Shown here piece by piece: positions 1 through 11,311 of a DNA stretch of 64,000 nt. Each line of letters starts with the position of its first letter. The first letter of the stretch is position 1. This DNA is from Epithemia pelagica. Taxonomy: Eukaryota; Protista; Bacillariophyta. Made by a program: the position numbers and the translations under genes. The stretch covers positions 3,720,001-3,784,000 of the forward strand of contig OX337234.1 of assembly GCA_946965045.2 (NCBI GenBank). The letters are read 5' to 3'. The notes under the pieces are model-generated. The model saw only the letters and a list, made by a program, of their open reading frames with translations, searched no databases and was not told the origin of the DNA.

Positions 1-3000
1 GAAGCGATCAACGATGAAAGGGACGGTGTAGCTCTACTCAAGTTGATCAAACAAACAACCTTCACGTTTGACTCCGGCCGAATCTACAAGCTGGTCGGTC
101 GTGACAAGTTGAAGGAAGAGTTTTATGGCTTGAAACGCAGAAACAATCAAACCCTACACAGCTATTATGAAGTGTTTAGGGCAAAAGTGAAAGTTCTCAA
201 TGAGGTCGGTGTGGTGTTGTATGACAAAGATCTCGTGGAGATGATTGCTAAGAAAAACGGAAGGGACCCTCCATCATCTATCGATCGTGACGAAGCACAA
301 GAGAGATGTGTGGCAATCCGATTCATCCGAACATGTGGCCATCGCGAGTACGAGGCCCATTTGCAAAACATGTTTTTGGACGGCCACAAAGATGTGTACC
401 CTGCCACTCTGGCGGATGCAAGGGCAATTCTTGATAACCGCATGACAGGTAAACAGAAGCAACCGAACCAAAACCAACAGACTCCGACTGAGAATGCCAC
501 TGGCATGGCATACCATACACAAGAGTTGGATGACAGCAATGAAAGCCAAGCAGCGTCCACATTGACTGGTAACAGCCACATGACAACAAACTCACGACAA
601 ACCCAGGGTCGCAATGGGAGTGGCAACAATAGCCGAGGAAGAGAACAAGGGAGTACAGGCAGCGGTCAATCACGAGGTCATGAATCAAATCAAACACAAA
701 CCAACAATAATGGTGAATTGAATGAGACCAATGAATCAACCCGCCTTCAGGATACGCACCGTGACTCACTTCAATATTCTTTTTCTGCTTCTTCTTCACA
801 GGCTAGCATATCCCCAGAATGGCTACTCCTCGACAACCAATCGACTGTAGACATCATCCGAGATCCCACCCTCCTCAAGAACATTCACACAGCCGAGCGC
901 CCAATCATGATCCAAAGTCACGCTGGGCGACGTCAAATTTCCAAACAAGGCCTACTCCCCGGATATGGCATCGTCTGGCATGACCCGGAAGGGCCGGCCA
1001 ACATCATATCACTCAATAATGCACGCACAAGGTTCTCAATCAAGTATGACAGCGAGAACGGGAACACCTTCAATCTCTTCGACCGATCTTCAGGGCGACT
1101 CAAACACCAATTCCTGCCAAGTCAAGACGGTTTGTTCTATATGGATACGTCAAGAATGCAGAGTAGTTTCATCACTACGGTTAATGATAATGAATCTGCT
1201 TATTCTCAAGACGAAGTCTATAGAGCTAAACTGGCACGATCATTAATGGCCAAGATAGGTCGTCCATCCACACGTGATTTCGTACACATCATACGAAACA
1301 ATCTGTTGCCGAACACAACTATCACTGTGGACGACGTCAAGAGGGCCGAGAAAATATACGGACCAGACCTTGGGAGTCTCAAGGGCAAGACGACGCGTCG
1401 TAAATCTCCTGTGGTTGACTCGTCACAGACCGTGCCACCACGGATCAAAGAAGAACACAAGGATGTGACACTCACTGTTGATATTCTCCACGTCAACAAC
1501 ATTCCTTTCCTCGCAACGACGTCAAGGAAGTTGCATTTTGGGACTATGGAAGCAATGGCCAATACCACCGACGATGATGTCATGAACTCGTTGCGCAGAG
1601 TGGTTGCGATCTATCGCAGAGGTGGCTTGCGCCCGCGGATGTTGCTCGCGGACGGAGCCTTCTGTTCCGAAAAGATGAAGACAGAGTTGCAATTGATCGG
1701 TGTGTTGTTAAACCCTACCGCAAGAGATGAACATGTGGGAGACATTGAAAGGTACATACGTACAGTAAAAGAAAGAATGAGATGTGTTTATAACACCCTA
1801 CCATTCAAAGAAATCCCGAAGGTCATGATCATTGAGATGGCCAAATTCGCTACCTTCTGGCTAAATAGTTTTCCTCATCGGTTGGGGATTTCACAATCAG
1901 AAAGCCCACGACTGCTCGTCACGGGAGAACAGGTCGACTTCAACAAGCACTGTCGCTTCGAATTTGGACAGTACGTCCAATGCCATGAAGAGCATGACAA
2001 CTCGATGGCGCCCAGGACCATAGGTGCTCTAGCATTGAGGCCTACTGGAAATCGTCAGGGTAGTTATTATTTTTTGAGTCTTGTCAGCGGACGAGTCATA
2101 ACACGGAATCACGCCACAGCCCTACCGATGCCCCAAGAAGTGATCCAACGTGTGCACCAATTGGCTAGAGCCCAAAATATGCAACCAGGGTTAGCTTTCG
2201 GTAATAGAGACAATCGGATTTTGTGGATGGATCAAGACAACGACCTTTACAACGAAGAAGACGATGAATCCTACATCAATGAAGAACAGGATGACATCGA
2301 GCTACGCTATGATGATGATATGATCGAAAATGAACTGGTGGATGCCGTCAACAATCCCGACTATGTTGACCATGAAGAAGATGTCAACGGCGAACCTGCA
2401 ATCAACCCGATGTTTGGTCCCGATGATCAACACATGGAAATTCAAGGAGTGGGTGACCCACTAGCCGGAGAACTTGACGAACTGAACGGTCCGGAAATTG
2501 AAGGAGTGGAGGCAGATGGAGAACTGCCAATCCATCCTATGGCAGAAGATGATGGTAGTGTAGTCCCGGAGGAGGCAGTGATGGATGTGGAGGAGGATGT
2601 GGGGGATAATAAGGGGGAGCTAGCCGGTGGAGAGGATATGGAAGAGGGACAAGACATACAAGACATTGACGCTAATGACGCTAATGAAGGTACCGAAGAT
2701 AACAGTGAGGCTGATCCGGTACGTCAGCAACAACAACAACAACAACAACAACAACACAGGTACAATCTACGACCAATTCGCGAAAGGAGCTACGCGCACC
2801 GATACGGGCACTCGTTTGCCTGCATCGATACTCTAAAAGGAGGGCGTTATGATGGAATCCTGCGAGATGGAGTGTTGTTTCTCGTAGCGAGTGAGGTGAA
2901 TCAAGCCACACCGCAGATGCCTATGAAGAAGGGTATCAAACTGTTTGGAAACAAGGGAGTGGCCGCCGTGAAGGTGGAAATCCAACAATTACATGATAGA

Positions 3001-4761
3001 GGAGTCTTGAGGGCAGTACACAAAACTGACCTCAGCTGGAATGAGGTGCAACAAGCACTAGGTTACCTCATGTTTTTGAAACGAAAACGGTGTGGCAAGA
3101 TTAAAGGAAGAGGCTGTGCCGACGGACGCAAACAACGTGCGTACATAGAGAAGGAAGATTCGGCTTCTCCTACCGTGGCCACCGATTCTGTATTCATCAC
3201 TGCCGTCATTGACGCCCTAGAACAACGTGTGGTTGCTGTGGCAGACATCCCAGGTGCGTTTATGCACTCAGATATGGATCCTGGCGTGTATATGCGGCTT
3301 ACTGGACTAATGGCTGAGCTACTCCTAGAAGTCGACCATGAAGCATATGCCCCATATCTAACATATGAGAAGGGCGAGCCGGTTATATACGTGGAAATGT
3401 TGAAGGCTCTCTACGGGACGTTGCGTGCAGCTCGTCTCTTCTGGGAAAAATTGACCGTGGTGCTCAAAAGTTGGGGATTTCAAATCAACCCCTATGATTC
3501 ATGCGTTGCCAACAAAACAATCAACAACAAACAATGCACGGTAACTTGGCACATTGACGATCTGAAAATATCGCATGTGGACGGTGCCGTTGTAAACAAA
3601 TTTATTGAGGACCTCAAAGCAGAGTTCGGCCAGTTGGGAGAAATCTCTGTGTCGGAAGGGACAAGGCACGACTATTTGGGCATGTTCTTAGACTATGGAG
3701 AGGATGGGGTTGTGCAGGTGGACATGCGATCCTACCTAGACACCATTTTGATCTCGCTACCAAAAGAATGGATCGGTAAAGCACGGTCACCGGCTGCTAA
3801 GCATTTATATCATACGGACCCGAACTCTCGAAAACTCAATGAGGAGGAGGCGGATCGATTCCACAGTGTAACAATGCAGTTAGCGTACATGGCGCAAAGA
3901 GGACGCCCAGATATACGCACTGCTGTGGCCTTTTTGAGCACTCGTGTCATGAATCCAGACGTTGACGATCAGAGAAAACTCGGTCGGGTTCTCAAGTACC
4001 TACAATCAACCAAGGATCTGATCCTACGACTAGAGGGTGATGGATCTGGAACACTATGTTGGTGGGTGGATGCCTCCTTCGCTACTCACCCAGACATGAA
4101 AGGACAGACCGGCGGAGTAATGACTATGGGCAAGGGTGCCGTCATGACTGCCTCATCAAAACAAAAACTTGTGGCGCGAAGTTCAACCGAATGTGAATTG
4201 ATAGGCGTGCACGACGTGTTGCCGTCAATGTTATGGAGCCAGAACTTTCTGAGAGCCCAAGGACATGAAGTAAAGAACGTTGTCCTGCACCAGGACAATC
4301 AGAGCAGTATCCTACTGGAACGAAACGGTCGGTTGTCGAGCTCGAAAAGAACCAAACACACCAATCTACGATATTTCTATATCACAGATTGTATTCGCCG
4401 AAAGGACGTGAATGTGCGTTTCTGTCCGACGGATGAGATGATCGCTGACTTCTTTACTAAACCATTGCAGGGTCAAGCTTTTTATCGCCTGCGGGATATC
4501 ATCATGAATGTGGTCCCGAGTAGTAAGTACCACTCCTCGGCCCAAAGGAGTGTGTTGAGGATATGTGACCAGGCGACAAGCAGCAGCGAGCAGACGACGA
4601 GTAGCAGCGAGCAAGCAGCGACTCAAGAATGTGATTCGGAAGCAAAGGATCCAAACTTGAATGAGGAAGATGCCGAAGCATGGACTTTAGTCCGTCGACG
4701 TGGCAAAAGCAACATTAGGCAAGATGAACAAGCAAGTGTTCATTCTAAGGAGATTCCGTAG
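1..4761 (+). CDS. Copia gag-pol polyprotein (5'-partial; frame is open from base 1)
   Basis: Protease WLLLDNQSTVDII; integrase TVDILHV / LLADGAF / HVGDIERYIRTVKER; RT KGRGCADGR, ADIPGAF, LKALYG, WHIDDLKI; RNase H WVDASFA, SSTECEL, QDNQS, IADFFTKPLQG. Confidence 0.95.
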   Translation, partial: EAINDERDGVALLKLIKQTTFTFDSGRIYKLVGRDKLKEEFYGLKRRNNQTLHSYYEVFRAKVKVLNEVGVVLYDKDLVEMIAKKNGRDPPSSIDRDEAQERCVAIRFIRTCGHREYEAHLQNMFLDGHKDVYPATLADARAILDNRMTGKQKQPNQNQQTPTENATGMAYHTQELDDSNESQAASTLTGNSHMTTNSRQTQGRNGSGNNSRGREQGSTGSGQSRGHESNQTQTNNNGELNETNESTRLQDTHRDSLQYSFSASSSQASISPEWLLLDNQSTVDIIRDPTLLKNIHTAERPIMIQSHAGRRQISKQGLLPGYGIVWHDPEGPANIISLNNARTRFSIKYDSENGNTFNLFDRSSGRLKHQFLPSQDGLFYMDTSRMQSSFITTVNDNESAYSQDEVYRAKLARSLMAKIGRPSTRDFVHIIRNNLLPNTTITVDDVKRAEKIYGPDLGSLKGKTTRRKSPVVDSSQTVPPRIKEEHKDVTLTVDILHVNNIPFLATTSRKLHFGTMEAMANTTDDDVMNSLRRVVAIYRRGGLRPRMLLADGAFCSEKMKTELQLIGVLLNPTARDEHVGDIERYIRTVKERMRCVYNTLPFKEIPKVMIIEMAKFATFWLNSFPHRLGISQSESPRLLVTGEQVDFNKHCRFEFGQYVQCHEEHDNSMAPRTIGALALRPTGNRQGSYYFLSLVSGRVITRNHATALPMPQEVIQRVHQLARAQNMQPGLAFGNRDNRILWMDQDNDLYNEEDDESYINEEQDDIELRYDDDMIENELVDAVNNPDYVDHEEDVNGEPAINPMFGPDDQHMEIQGVGDPLAGELDELNGPEIEGVEADGELPIHPMAEDDGSVVPEEAVMDVEEDVGDNKGELAGGEDMEEGQDIQDIDANDANEGTEDNSEADPVRQQQQQQQQQQHRYNLRPIRERSYAHRYGHSFACIDTLKGGRYDGILRDGVLFLVASEVNQATPQMPMKKGIKLFGNKGVAAVKVEIQQLHDRGVLRAVHKTDLSWNEVQQALGYLMFLKRKRCGKIKGRGCADGRKQRAYIEKEDSASPTVATDSVFITAVIDALEQRVVAVADIPGAFMHSDMDPGVYMRLTGLMAELLLEVDHEAYAPYLTYEKGEPVIYVEMLKALYGTLRAARLFWEKLTVVLKSWGFQINPYDSCVANKTINNKQCTVTWHIDDLKISHVDGAVVNKFIEDLKAEFGQLGEISVSEGTRHDYLGMFLDYGEDGVVQVDMRSYLDTILISLPKEWIGKARSPAAKHLYHTDPNSRKLNEEEADRFHSVTMQLAYMAQRGRPDIRTAVAFLSTRVMNPDVDDQRKLGRVLKYLQSTKDLILRLEGDGSGTLCWWVDASFATHPDMKGQTGGVMTMGKGAVMTASSKQKLVARSSTECELIGVHDVLPSMLWSQNFLRAQGHEVKNVVLHQDNQSSILLERNGRLSSSKRTKHTNLRYFYITDCIRRKDVNVRFCPTDEMIADFFTKPLQGQAFYRLRDIIMNVVPSSKYHSSAQRSVLRICDQATSSSEQTTSSSEQAATQECDSEAKDPNLNEEDAEAWTLVRRRGKSNIRQDEQASVHSKEIP

Positions 4762-5030
4762 TTCGATAAGCCTATAAAGAGTTGCTTTTACGGCACGGCT
4801 TGAGTGAGTTTCAACATAGAGACCACATTCTTGCGCTGACAGTCGTGGTAGTTCGTTCGATGTTTGTTCAGCTCAAAGTTTGGATACTGAGAACTATAAT
4901 CTTGACCGAAGGTATTCGAGGTTGATCCTGTTTGGCACGACAGCTGGTGCTTTATTGGTTCGTGTCGTTGAATGTTTATAGATCATTCTTCCGCAACTCG
5001 TGGTAGTTTGTCCGACTCTTGCCCATTTCA
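4553..5030 (+). repeat. Putative 3' LTR of the first Copia element
   Basis: Begins TGTTGA right after the PPT-like AAAGGAG. Candidate ends are TCAACA at 4816 (perfect inverted terminus) or TTTCA at 5030. The 5' LTR is not in the window, so it cannot be compared. Confidence 0.5.
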
Positions 5031-6132
5031 AACTGGAGACTGGGAATCAACCTTGATAGCAGTGATTCGGGATTTATTCTTGCTTGTCAATGTCGAAGAG
5101 AAATACATGTTACCAAAATCGGGAAGTGCAATGGACACTTGTAAACGCTCCAGGAGACGCACCAGCTCCAAATATTGCCAGCTATTAACTGTCCCTTTTC
5201 TGTGTTGCGCCACTTCCTGAATTTGCTCCAATTGTCCATTTCAAAGTGGCAACATAGGACTTAAGCGTACCAAGACCACAGTGTGAAGCAATCCGCAACA
5301 AGGGAAATGTTGTTGTCCATTTCTGGGGCATTCAACTATGGACACTGACGACACTGATACAATGGACCAGAACCCAGAGACCACTGTCGCCAATTTCTTA
5401 CTGGATCCACAAAGACTTGCAAAGTCATGTCATCCTGCAAAAGACGTAACTCAGTCGATGACAAAAGAGCTCCAAGCAAAACCCCATGTGATTAATAACT
5501 TGCTTTGCGGCGCACAACAGGCTTGCACCAAACGCATCACCACTTATTAGCCCCTCATATATCACCATCACCTGTGTTCCAACTATTCAAAAGAATCCAG
5601 GATTCCCAAAACCATGCTATTGAAGAACCATGCATGTGGTCCTCCTATCGCAACTAGTCTTGAATTGTCTTTCGTTACGAAAGGCCATATTCCTTTCACC
5701 ACCGTTTTTCGACCTCAACGTAGCACTTTTCTTTGGAGATGATTCCCTCTATCTTGCAGTTGTTTGTCGAGATATTGCCTTTTGTGGCGTAACCGTTTTG
5801 CGTCCCCAGAACGGTCCACCAAAACGCTTTTACTGTTATAGGTTTGGTGCTTTCCCAGACAATGGCCAAAGCTCACGACGAAGACGCGACTGAGTGTTGC
5901 CTGTTTTCAATCCATACGTCTTGTGTTGGAAACCAACCCCTATTCTTCCAGCGACCATCTAATCCGCGTGGAACAGTGCTAGAGGTGCTGGGTTCCGTCC
6001 CACCACGTCCACGTCCGAGACTGATGAGAGTCATGGCTTCTTTTGGGAACCATGTTTTCCTTGGAGAATCCTATTTGGTGCGAGTCTTGCTGGTAAGATG
6101 GTTTCTCCTGTGGTATCCGCCAATCGTTTGAA

Positions 6133-6939
6133 TCATACATGGTCAGAGGCTCTCGAATTGTCCGAGGCGTTGGAGTATGGAGAACATATAATACAGTACC
6201 TTTTGCCATGTGGACCCTGGAGGTGGTTCTTCGATAAGCCCACATATGGCTGGAACAGAAAACAGCGCAATGGGTAGGTATTCTGAATACACGACTGTCC
6301 GTGGACCGTATCGGGCAACAAGGCTGGCACACCACCTTTCAAGACTTGCACATCGTCTTGGGTCAAGGCACTCGTGGGAGCCGACGAATCCTCCTTTTTA
6401 TTGGTGACCAATGTCAGTGGCAAATAGGCTCGATCGGCTCCAAAGAGTGCCAGTCGTTCCGTCCAATAACGACACAGTCGTTGCGCCACGGCCCACAAAT
6501 CGTAGTGACAATACCGGACAAAGTGCACCGGGTCCGATTCCAATAAAATCAGGTCCACAGGTGCCTGTTGATAAGCGGCTCGGTCCGACCAGGGCAAACT
6601 CTGAATGACAGCATGAACATGGTGTCGCACCCGATCGCGCAGCACCGGCAATTGCGACAAGTCGTCGTTTGGATTCGTATTATTATTATTCGTGTGGTTG
6701 GGATTCGGTGGCAAGGGTGCTGTGGGTGGGGGTTCCAAGGGCGGTGGATAGACCGAGGGATGGGTCGATGGAGGTTGCAAGGTGGTTGTCGTGTTGGTTG
6801 TTGTGGCGGCTGTGGCAGTCGTTGTTGAAACGCGAGCAAGACGTTCCAGCGATCCTCCTTCATTCGGTTGTTGTGGTTGTTGTTGTGGAAGGGAGGATCC
6901 ACCTCCCGCACGCGCCGCCGAGAGTCGATATGGATTCAT
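6133..6939 (-). CDS. CRAL-TRIO-like N-terminal domain protein; paralogue of the gene split at 14190/28885; 3' part probably spliced or degenerate
   Basis: LSQLPVLRDRVRHHVHAVIQS...ESDPVHFVRYCHYDLWAVAQRLCRYWTERLALFGADRAYLPL aligns by eye with 28885-29270. A basic coiled-coil remnant (KRLRHKRQYLDKQLQDRGNHLQRK) lies downstream at about 5745-5830. Confidence 0.6.
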   Translation of the reverse strand: MNPYRLSAARAGGGSSLPQQQPQQPNEGGSLERLARVSTTTATAATTTNTTTTLQPPSTHPSVYPPPLEPPPTAPLPPNPNHTNNNNTNPNDDLSQLPVLRDRVRHHVHAVIQSLPWSDRAAYQQAPVDLILLESDPVHFVRYCHYDLWAVAQRLCRYWTERLALFGADRAYLPLTLVTNKKEDSSAPTSALTQDDVQVLKGGVPALLPDTVHGQSCIQNTYPLRCFLFQPYVGLSKNHLQGPHGKRYCIICSPYSNASDNSRASDHV

Positions 6940-7153
6940 GGTGTGGCTGCTGCTTCTTGAAGAAACGGAACAAAGAAGAATGAACCGCACTGTCGGTTGT
7001 CCGTCAGGAATCAGAGTGCTTGGTGGACTGTGGCTAGCAGGAATCGGTATATATATGTAGAATGGAGAGTTTGGCGCTTTTGGTTCTTGGTGTTGCTGGC
7101 TGGTTGTGTGGTGTTTAAACTACCAATTCCTCTCGGAATAGAGAAGGATGGGA

Positions 7154-7325
7154 TTCCTTCCTTCCTTCCTTCGTTTGTTTGTTTGATCGTTCGTTCGTTC
7201 GTTCGTTCGTTCGTTCGTTCGTTTGTTTGTTTGTTTGTTTGTTTGTTTGTTTGTTTGTTTGTTTGTTTGTTCGTTCGTTCGTTCGTTCGTTCGTTCGTTC
7301 GTTCGTTCGTTCGTTCGTTCGTTCG
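7154..7325. repeat. Compound tetranucleotide microsatellite (TTCC)n(TTTG)n(TTCG)n
   Basis: Directly visible; it generates the spurious ERTN/KQTN ORFs in the track. Confidence 0.97.
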
Positions 7326-8785
7326 TCGTGTGACTCGTTTGGGATGGGCAGTCGGTAAACCAAAAAAGTTGCCGAAAGAGACTGTGACACACCTGTTTGC
7401 AACTGCAAAAGTCACACCAACAGGAGTGATGATTCAGTAGAGTTGTGATTGCAGTTCGATCCAAAAGACAAAAGAGTGTGGTGTAACAAGATATTTTTGA
7501 TCGATTACATTCATGGAATACTCGTATGTCTGTAGAGTGAGCGACAATGGATCCTTCGCATCCACAAAATCGCCACGCCCATCACAGACATTACACAAAA
7601 CGAAAACGAAGGCCATAGGCCATCCCTGTGCGTCATGATGAGCAGATGTTTGACTCATCTATGGAAATAGTAGAGGGTAAAGTAGTGTAAACTGTGCGAG
7701 AATCGAGTCTGTGGTGTCGTCGCGACCCAGAGTGGGTGGCACTACACGGTCGCGGAGCATCTGTGTGACATACCATCATCCCAGTCGACGATCCTCTCAT
7801 TTTTTTTGGTTCTCTCTCTCTCTGTTGTTGTTCTTGTTGTTGCTGTGTTGGTGCCTTATTGTGTGCGGATGGATGGACAATTGCTTCTTCTCTGTATAGA
7901 GAGTGGCCGCAACTCCCGTGTCTCTCGCCATTCTTGTGTTTCTCTGGTGGTCGGGGTTCCAAACTGTCTGTGGTGTTTGTGATGGTTGCTACCTAGGTAG
8001 TTTGTGATGTGATGGCTCGATTCTCGACACATGATTTCCCTACGACTCCTACACCATCCTCATCCTCATCATCATCTTCCTTCTTCTTGCTCTTCTTCTA
8101 GCCAAGAACGTCTTGTTCCATTTCCCAGCACGTCACGCCACAAAAAAACAACAAGAATCACAGTCACAGCCACCACACGGTCGAACCGTCGTCGTAGTAG
8201 GAGAGTAAGGGACCATTCTTCTCCTCCTCCTAACGACGGCCTTGGCAGCGACCACGACCCGTGCAGTCGTTTGTTTGTTCGTGCGTCTTGTGTGTGGAAA
8301 GGACGACGACCACATGAACACCAACAACCACAAGCCTCCGACGCTGCTCCTTTGCTGATACTGCGGTTCCATGGTCGTATCGTGGTTGCAGAATGACACC
8401 ACCACCCACAACAAACCGAATGCATCGGATCCTATTTTAACGAGTGGAGCGTGGGATGCGCACCAACACGACGCGAACCCAAAAAGGGTGGCAGGACGAC
8501 GACAGTACGGCATGTATACGTCCCGGCACAGGTCCAAGGACCCAGGGATAATAGGTAGTCCACCCGAGTCACGGACGACGCATCATGATCGGGACGAATC
8601 CGACCAAAGCCATTGTGAGAAATGACCCCAGAACCCCAAGTCGTCGTTTGGATGATGGTTTCTAGTATAGTATAGAGTTTCGGGATAGTTTACAGTATCA
8701 AAGCAATGAAACAGCTACAACAAAGTGTGAAACAACGATGGCAATCAGCAACCCCCATGTGGTGTCTCTTTTGGTGTGGTGGTGG

Positions 8786-9979
8786 TTAGGCCGCCGGTGC
8801 CATGGTAGCTCCTCCCGCCCGTGTCATGATGGTTGTCTCCGTCGTAGTGATGGAGGAGAAGGATCTCCCATCCATTACCATTGTACTATTGCTCGGGGTG
8901 TTCCACGACAAGGAGGAAACGGACAACGAGGAGGATGTAGAGGCATCGTGAAAGGATTCCAATTCATTGACCGTTTCACACAGCGATTGGACAGCCAATT
9001 GGGCTTCTTGCACCTTGAACCGATAATACTGTTGTTGGGACTGTCGCGATTGAAAGACGACCGTCATGACATGGAGCGTCAATCCCAAAAACAAGAGGAC
9101 CAAGACATTGTCTCCACCACCGCCACTACTAGTTTCGGAAGGGGAATCCCAATCATGGTGGTCCTGAAATGGTTGTGGTTCTTGTTGCTCTTGTTCGGCG
9201 GCACTGTAGAGGGCGGATAAAAAGGTTTTTTTGGCCATGCGCATGGATCGCAAACATCGATCGAGATACTTTTCTTGCTTCTTGGTTTGGTGGTGTTGTT
9301 GTTGTGCCACAAGCCACTGGGCCACTCCATGATTGTACAACATAATTCCAAATTGCTGCGTAATCTCGGCTCCACTCTGCTGGCAACTTCCAGCACCCGC
9401 ACAAGACTGACAGCAGCAGGTAGCACCACCACCATGTCGGGCCAGACGAATGGGAAACAACAAGGACGATGTCGGACCGTATTGAACGGCTGCTCGCAAC
9501 GTGGGAATGGTCTCGTCTTGATCGTCCAATCCTTGCACTTCGACACATGGCAGGACCGAATGGAACGAGGATTTCAGAGTCTTGGATTTTCTGCTGGAAT
9601 GCGGATTCCTGTGGTCTCCCACACACTCTGGGTGTGGTTGTTGTTGGTACAATGTTTGAATGTATCGTTTGGAAGCGGAGGAATAAATCGTCTTGTAGTC
9701 TTGTTGTTGTTGTTGTCGTTCTTGATGTTGTGGTTCTTGTGGTTCTGAGTGTTGTAATTCTGGTTGTGGTTCTTGTTGTTCCAAGGACGAGGATGGTCCC
9801 ATGGCGACAAAGGCGATCCGCATCAAGGTCAAGCAATCACTGAGGGTTCGAAGGGCCGTCTCGTAATGGCCTCGTTCCAACAAGGTCACGGCCATGTTGT
9901 TTAACGATACAGCGGCCCGATACGAATGATTGCGAACCAGAGGGCTGCTGGTCAAAGTGGCAGTATGTGGAGGAGTCAT
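8786..9979 (-). CDS. Hypothetical helical (TPR-like) protein
   Basis: Long ORF, likely start MTPPH at 9979. Motif AAVSLNNMAVTLLERGHYETALRTLSDCLTLMR and a second helical block IMLYNHGVAQWL...YLDRCLRSMRMA. Confidence 0.6.
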   Translation of the reverse strand: MTPPHTATLTSSPLVRNHSYRAAVSLNNMAVTLLERGHYETALRTLSDCLTLMRIAFVAMGPSSSLEQQEPQPELQHSEPQEPQHQERQQQQQDYKTIYSSASKRYIQTLYQQQPHPECVGDHRNPHSSRKSKTLKSSFHSVLPCVEVQGLDDQDETIPTLRAAVQYGPTSSLLFPIRLARHGGGATCCCQSCAGAGSCQQSGAEITQQFGIMLYNHGVAQWLVAQQQHHQTKKQEKYLDRCLRSMRMAKKTFLSALYSAAEQEQQEPQPFQDHHDWDSPSETSSGGGGDNVLVLLFLGLTLHVMTVVFQSRQSQQQYYRFKVQEAQLAVQSLCETVNELESFHDASTSSSLSVSSLSWNTPSNSTMVMDGRSFSSITTTETTIMTRAGGATMAPAA

Positions 9980-11243
9980 GCTGTGTGGTTCTCTCGGCTT
10001 GTTCGGATTCGAATAAATGTTGGACACTGTTTGTGGTTTGTTTGTTGTTTGTTCGTTTGCTTTGGTAGTTTGTGTTGTTTGTTTCCACGCAAGGTTGTTT
10101 GTGGTTTTGGTTCCAATTGTGTGGGGACTTGCGATTGTTTGTTTGCTTGCTTGTTTGTAAGGGAAGTTTGTCCGGCCACCGGCCATGGTGTCTCTATAAG
10201 AAACAATAAACAATAACAGTCAGAATCCTACGTACAAGAGACTTATGGATTCTCGAAGAAAGAAAAAAGGGATTCTAAGTCAGGGCATCCAAACTACCAC
10301 CCCGCATTATAAACCTTACTGGAATCAAAAGGGGGCGAAAAGGACCATAGAACGAGGGGCCGTAAAAGGAATTGCAAGGCAGAAATACTATGCAATTCGA
10401 GTTTGGGGCTGGATAAGGGGGTACTGAACGATTCATCAGTCCATAAGTCTTAATCTTACATATCCAATATCCATTAGAGCAGTCGAGGGATGGTAATATA
10501 AGTGTGTCATTGGTTATTTCGGGATCCCCGGTGTGCTGGATGATTCGTCATTCGTCACCGCAATGGAGTTCGGGAGTTCCAACTTCCAACCGCATCTTTT
10601 GAAAAAGGGGCAGGACATCGTGAATCGTGACCAGGTGACGGACCAACATCCGATTCATTGGACATAGTCTACCTCTACTACTAGAGGAAGTATCGTGCAC
10701 CCTCCAACCAACCACAGTGTGCGTTGTTTACGACTGGAGCTCCATGCTCCATATTGATGCAAGAAGAACATCTACCTAGGCGTAGGTAGTTCCTCTTTGA
10801 CTATGATTCAATTCATTCTCAAACTGGATCATTGAGACAGCTCTACCTAGTTGCTCCTAGAAGCTTGAGTAGTATCATGCATTTTGGCCAAGCTATTCAT
10901 TGTTTTGGTCGAAACGTCAGCAGTCAACGTGACTTGCGAGCTTGCGAAACCTGGTCTATCTCGAAAGCAGACCATGGGGGTACTGCACTCAGCGAAAGAG
11001 GGCCTATGGGATCCAGTAGCGGCTACCACGATTACCCAGGGAACGATCGACACGGTATTTCTCCCACTCTTTGGTTCACGGTGTCTATCATTCACGATGG
11101 GGTGTCATGGATACCCCCTTCTGAAGGATACGGGGGACATGTTTCTCGGGGTGGAAACACAGTGGGGCTGTCGCTATCAAGTCTTCTACGAGCTCGTATA
11201 TTGCATATTGTATGACATCTGCCTACAATCTACAATGTGCACT

Positions 11244-11311
11244 GCCATGGGCCATGGGCCATGGGCCGCCATGGGCCATGGGCCATGGCCCATGGGCCAT
11301 GGGCCATGGGC
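11244..11311. repeat. Short tandem repeat of a GCCATGG heptamer (about 9 copies)
   Basis: gccatgggccatgggccatggg... is directly visible. Confidence 0.9.

Larger units (their letters stand above)
1..5030 (+). mobile_element. Ty1/copia LTR retrotransposon (diatom CoDi-type), 5' end outside the window
   Basis: Single gag-pol ORF in Copia domain order PR-IN-RT-RH, followed by a purine run (AAAGGAG, 4544-4550) and a TGTTG start at 4553. Right boundary is uncertain (4816 or about 5030). Confidence 0.9.

Noticed and set aside
5941-5955. 13-nt match (GCTGGAAGAATAG, minus strand) to the repeat flanking the Harbinger element
   Set aside because: The rest of the unit is absent; compatible with chance.
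6015-6060. CTGATGA resembling a hammerhead ribozyme core
   Set aside because: No stem II followed by GAAA and no stem I/III pairing could be found.
6997-7464. ORFs with ERTN/KQTN/FVRS repeats
   Set aside because: They are translations of the tetranucleotide microsatellite, not proteins.
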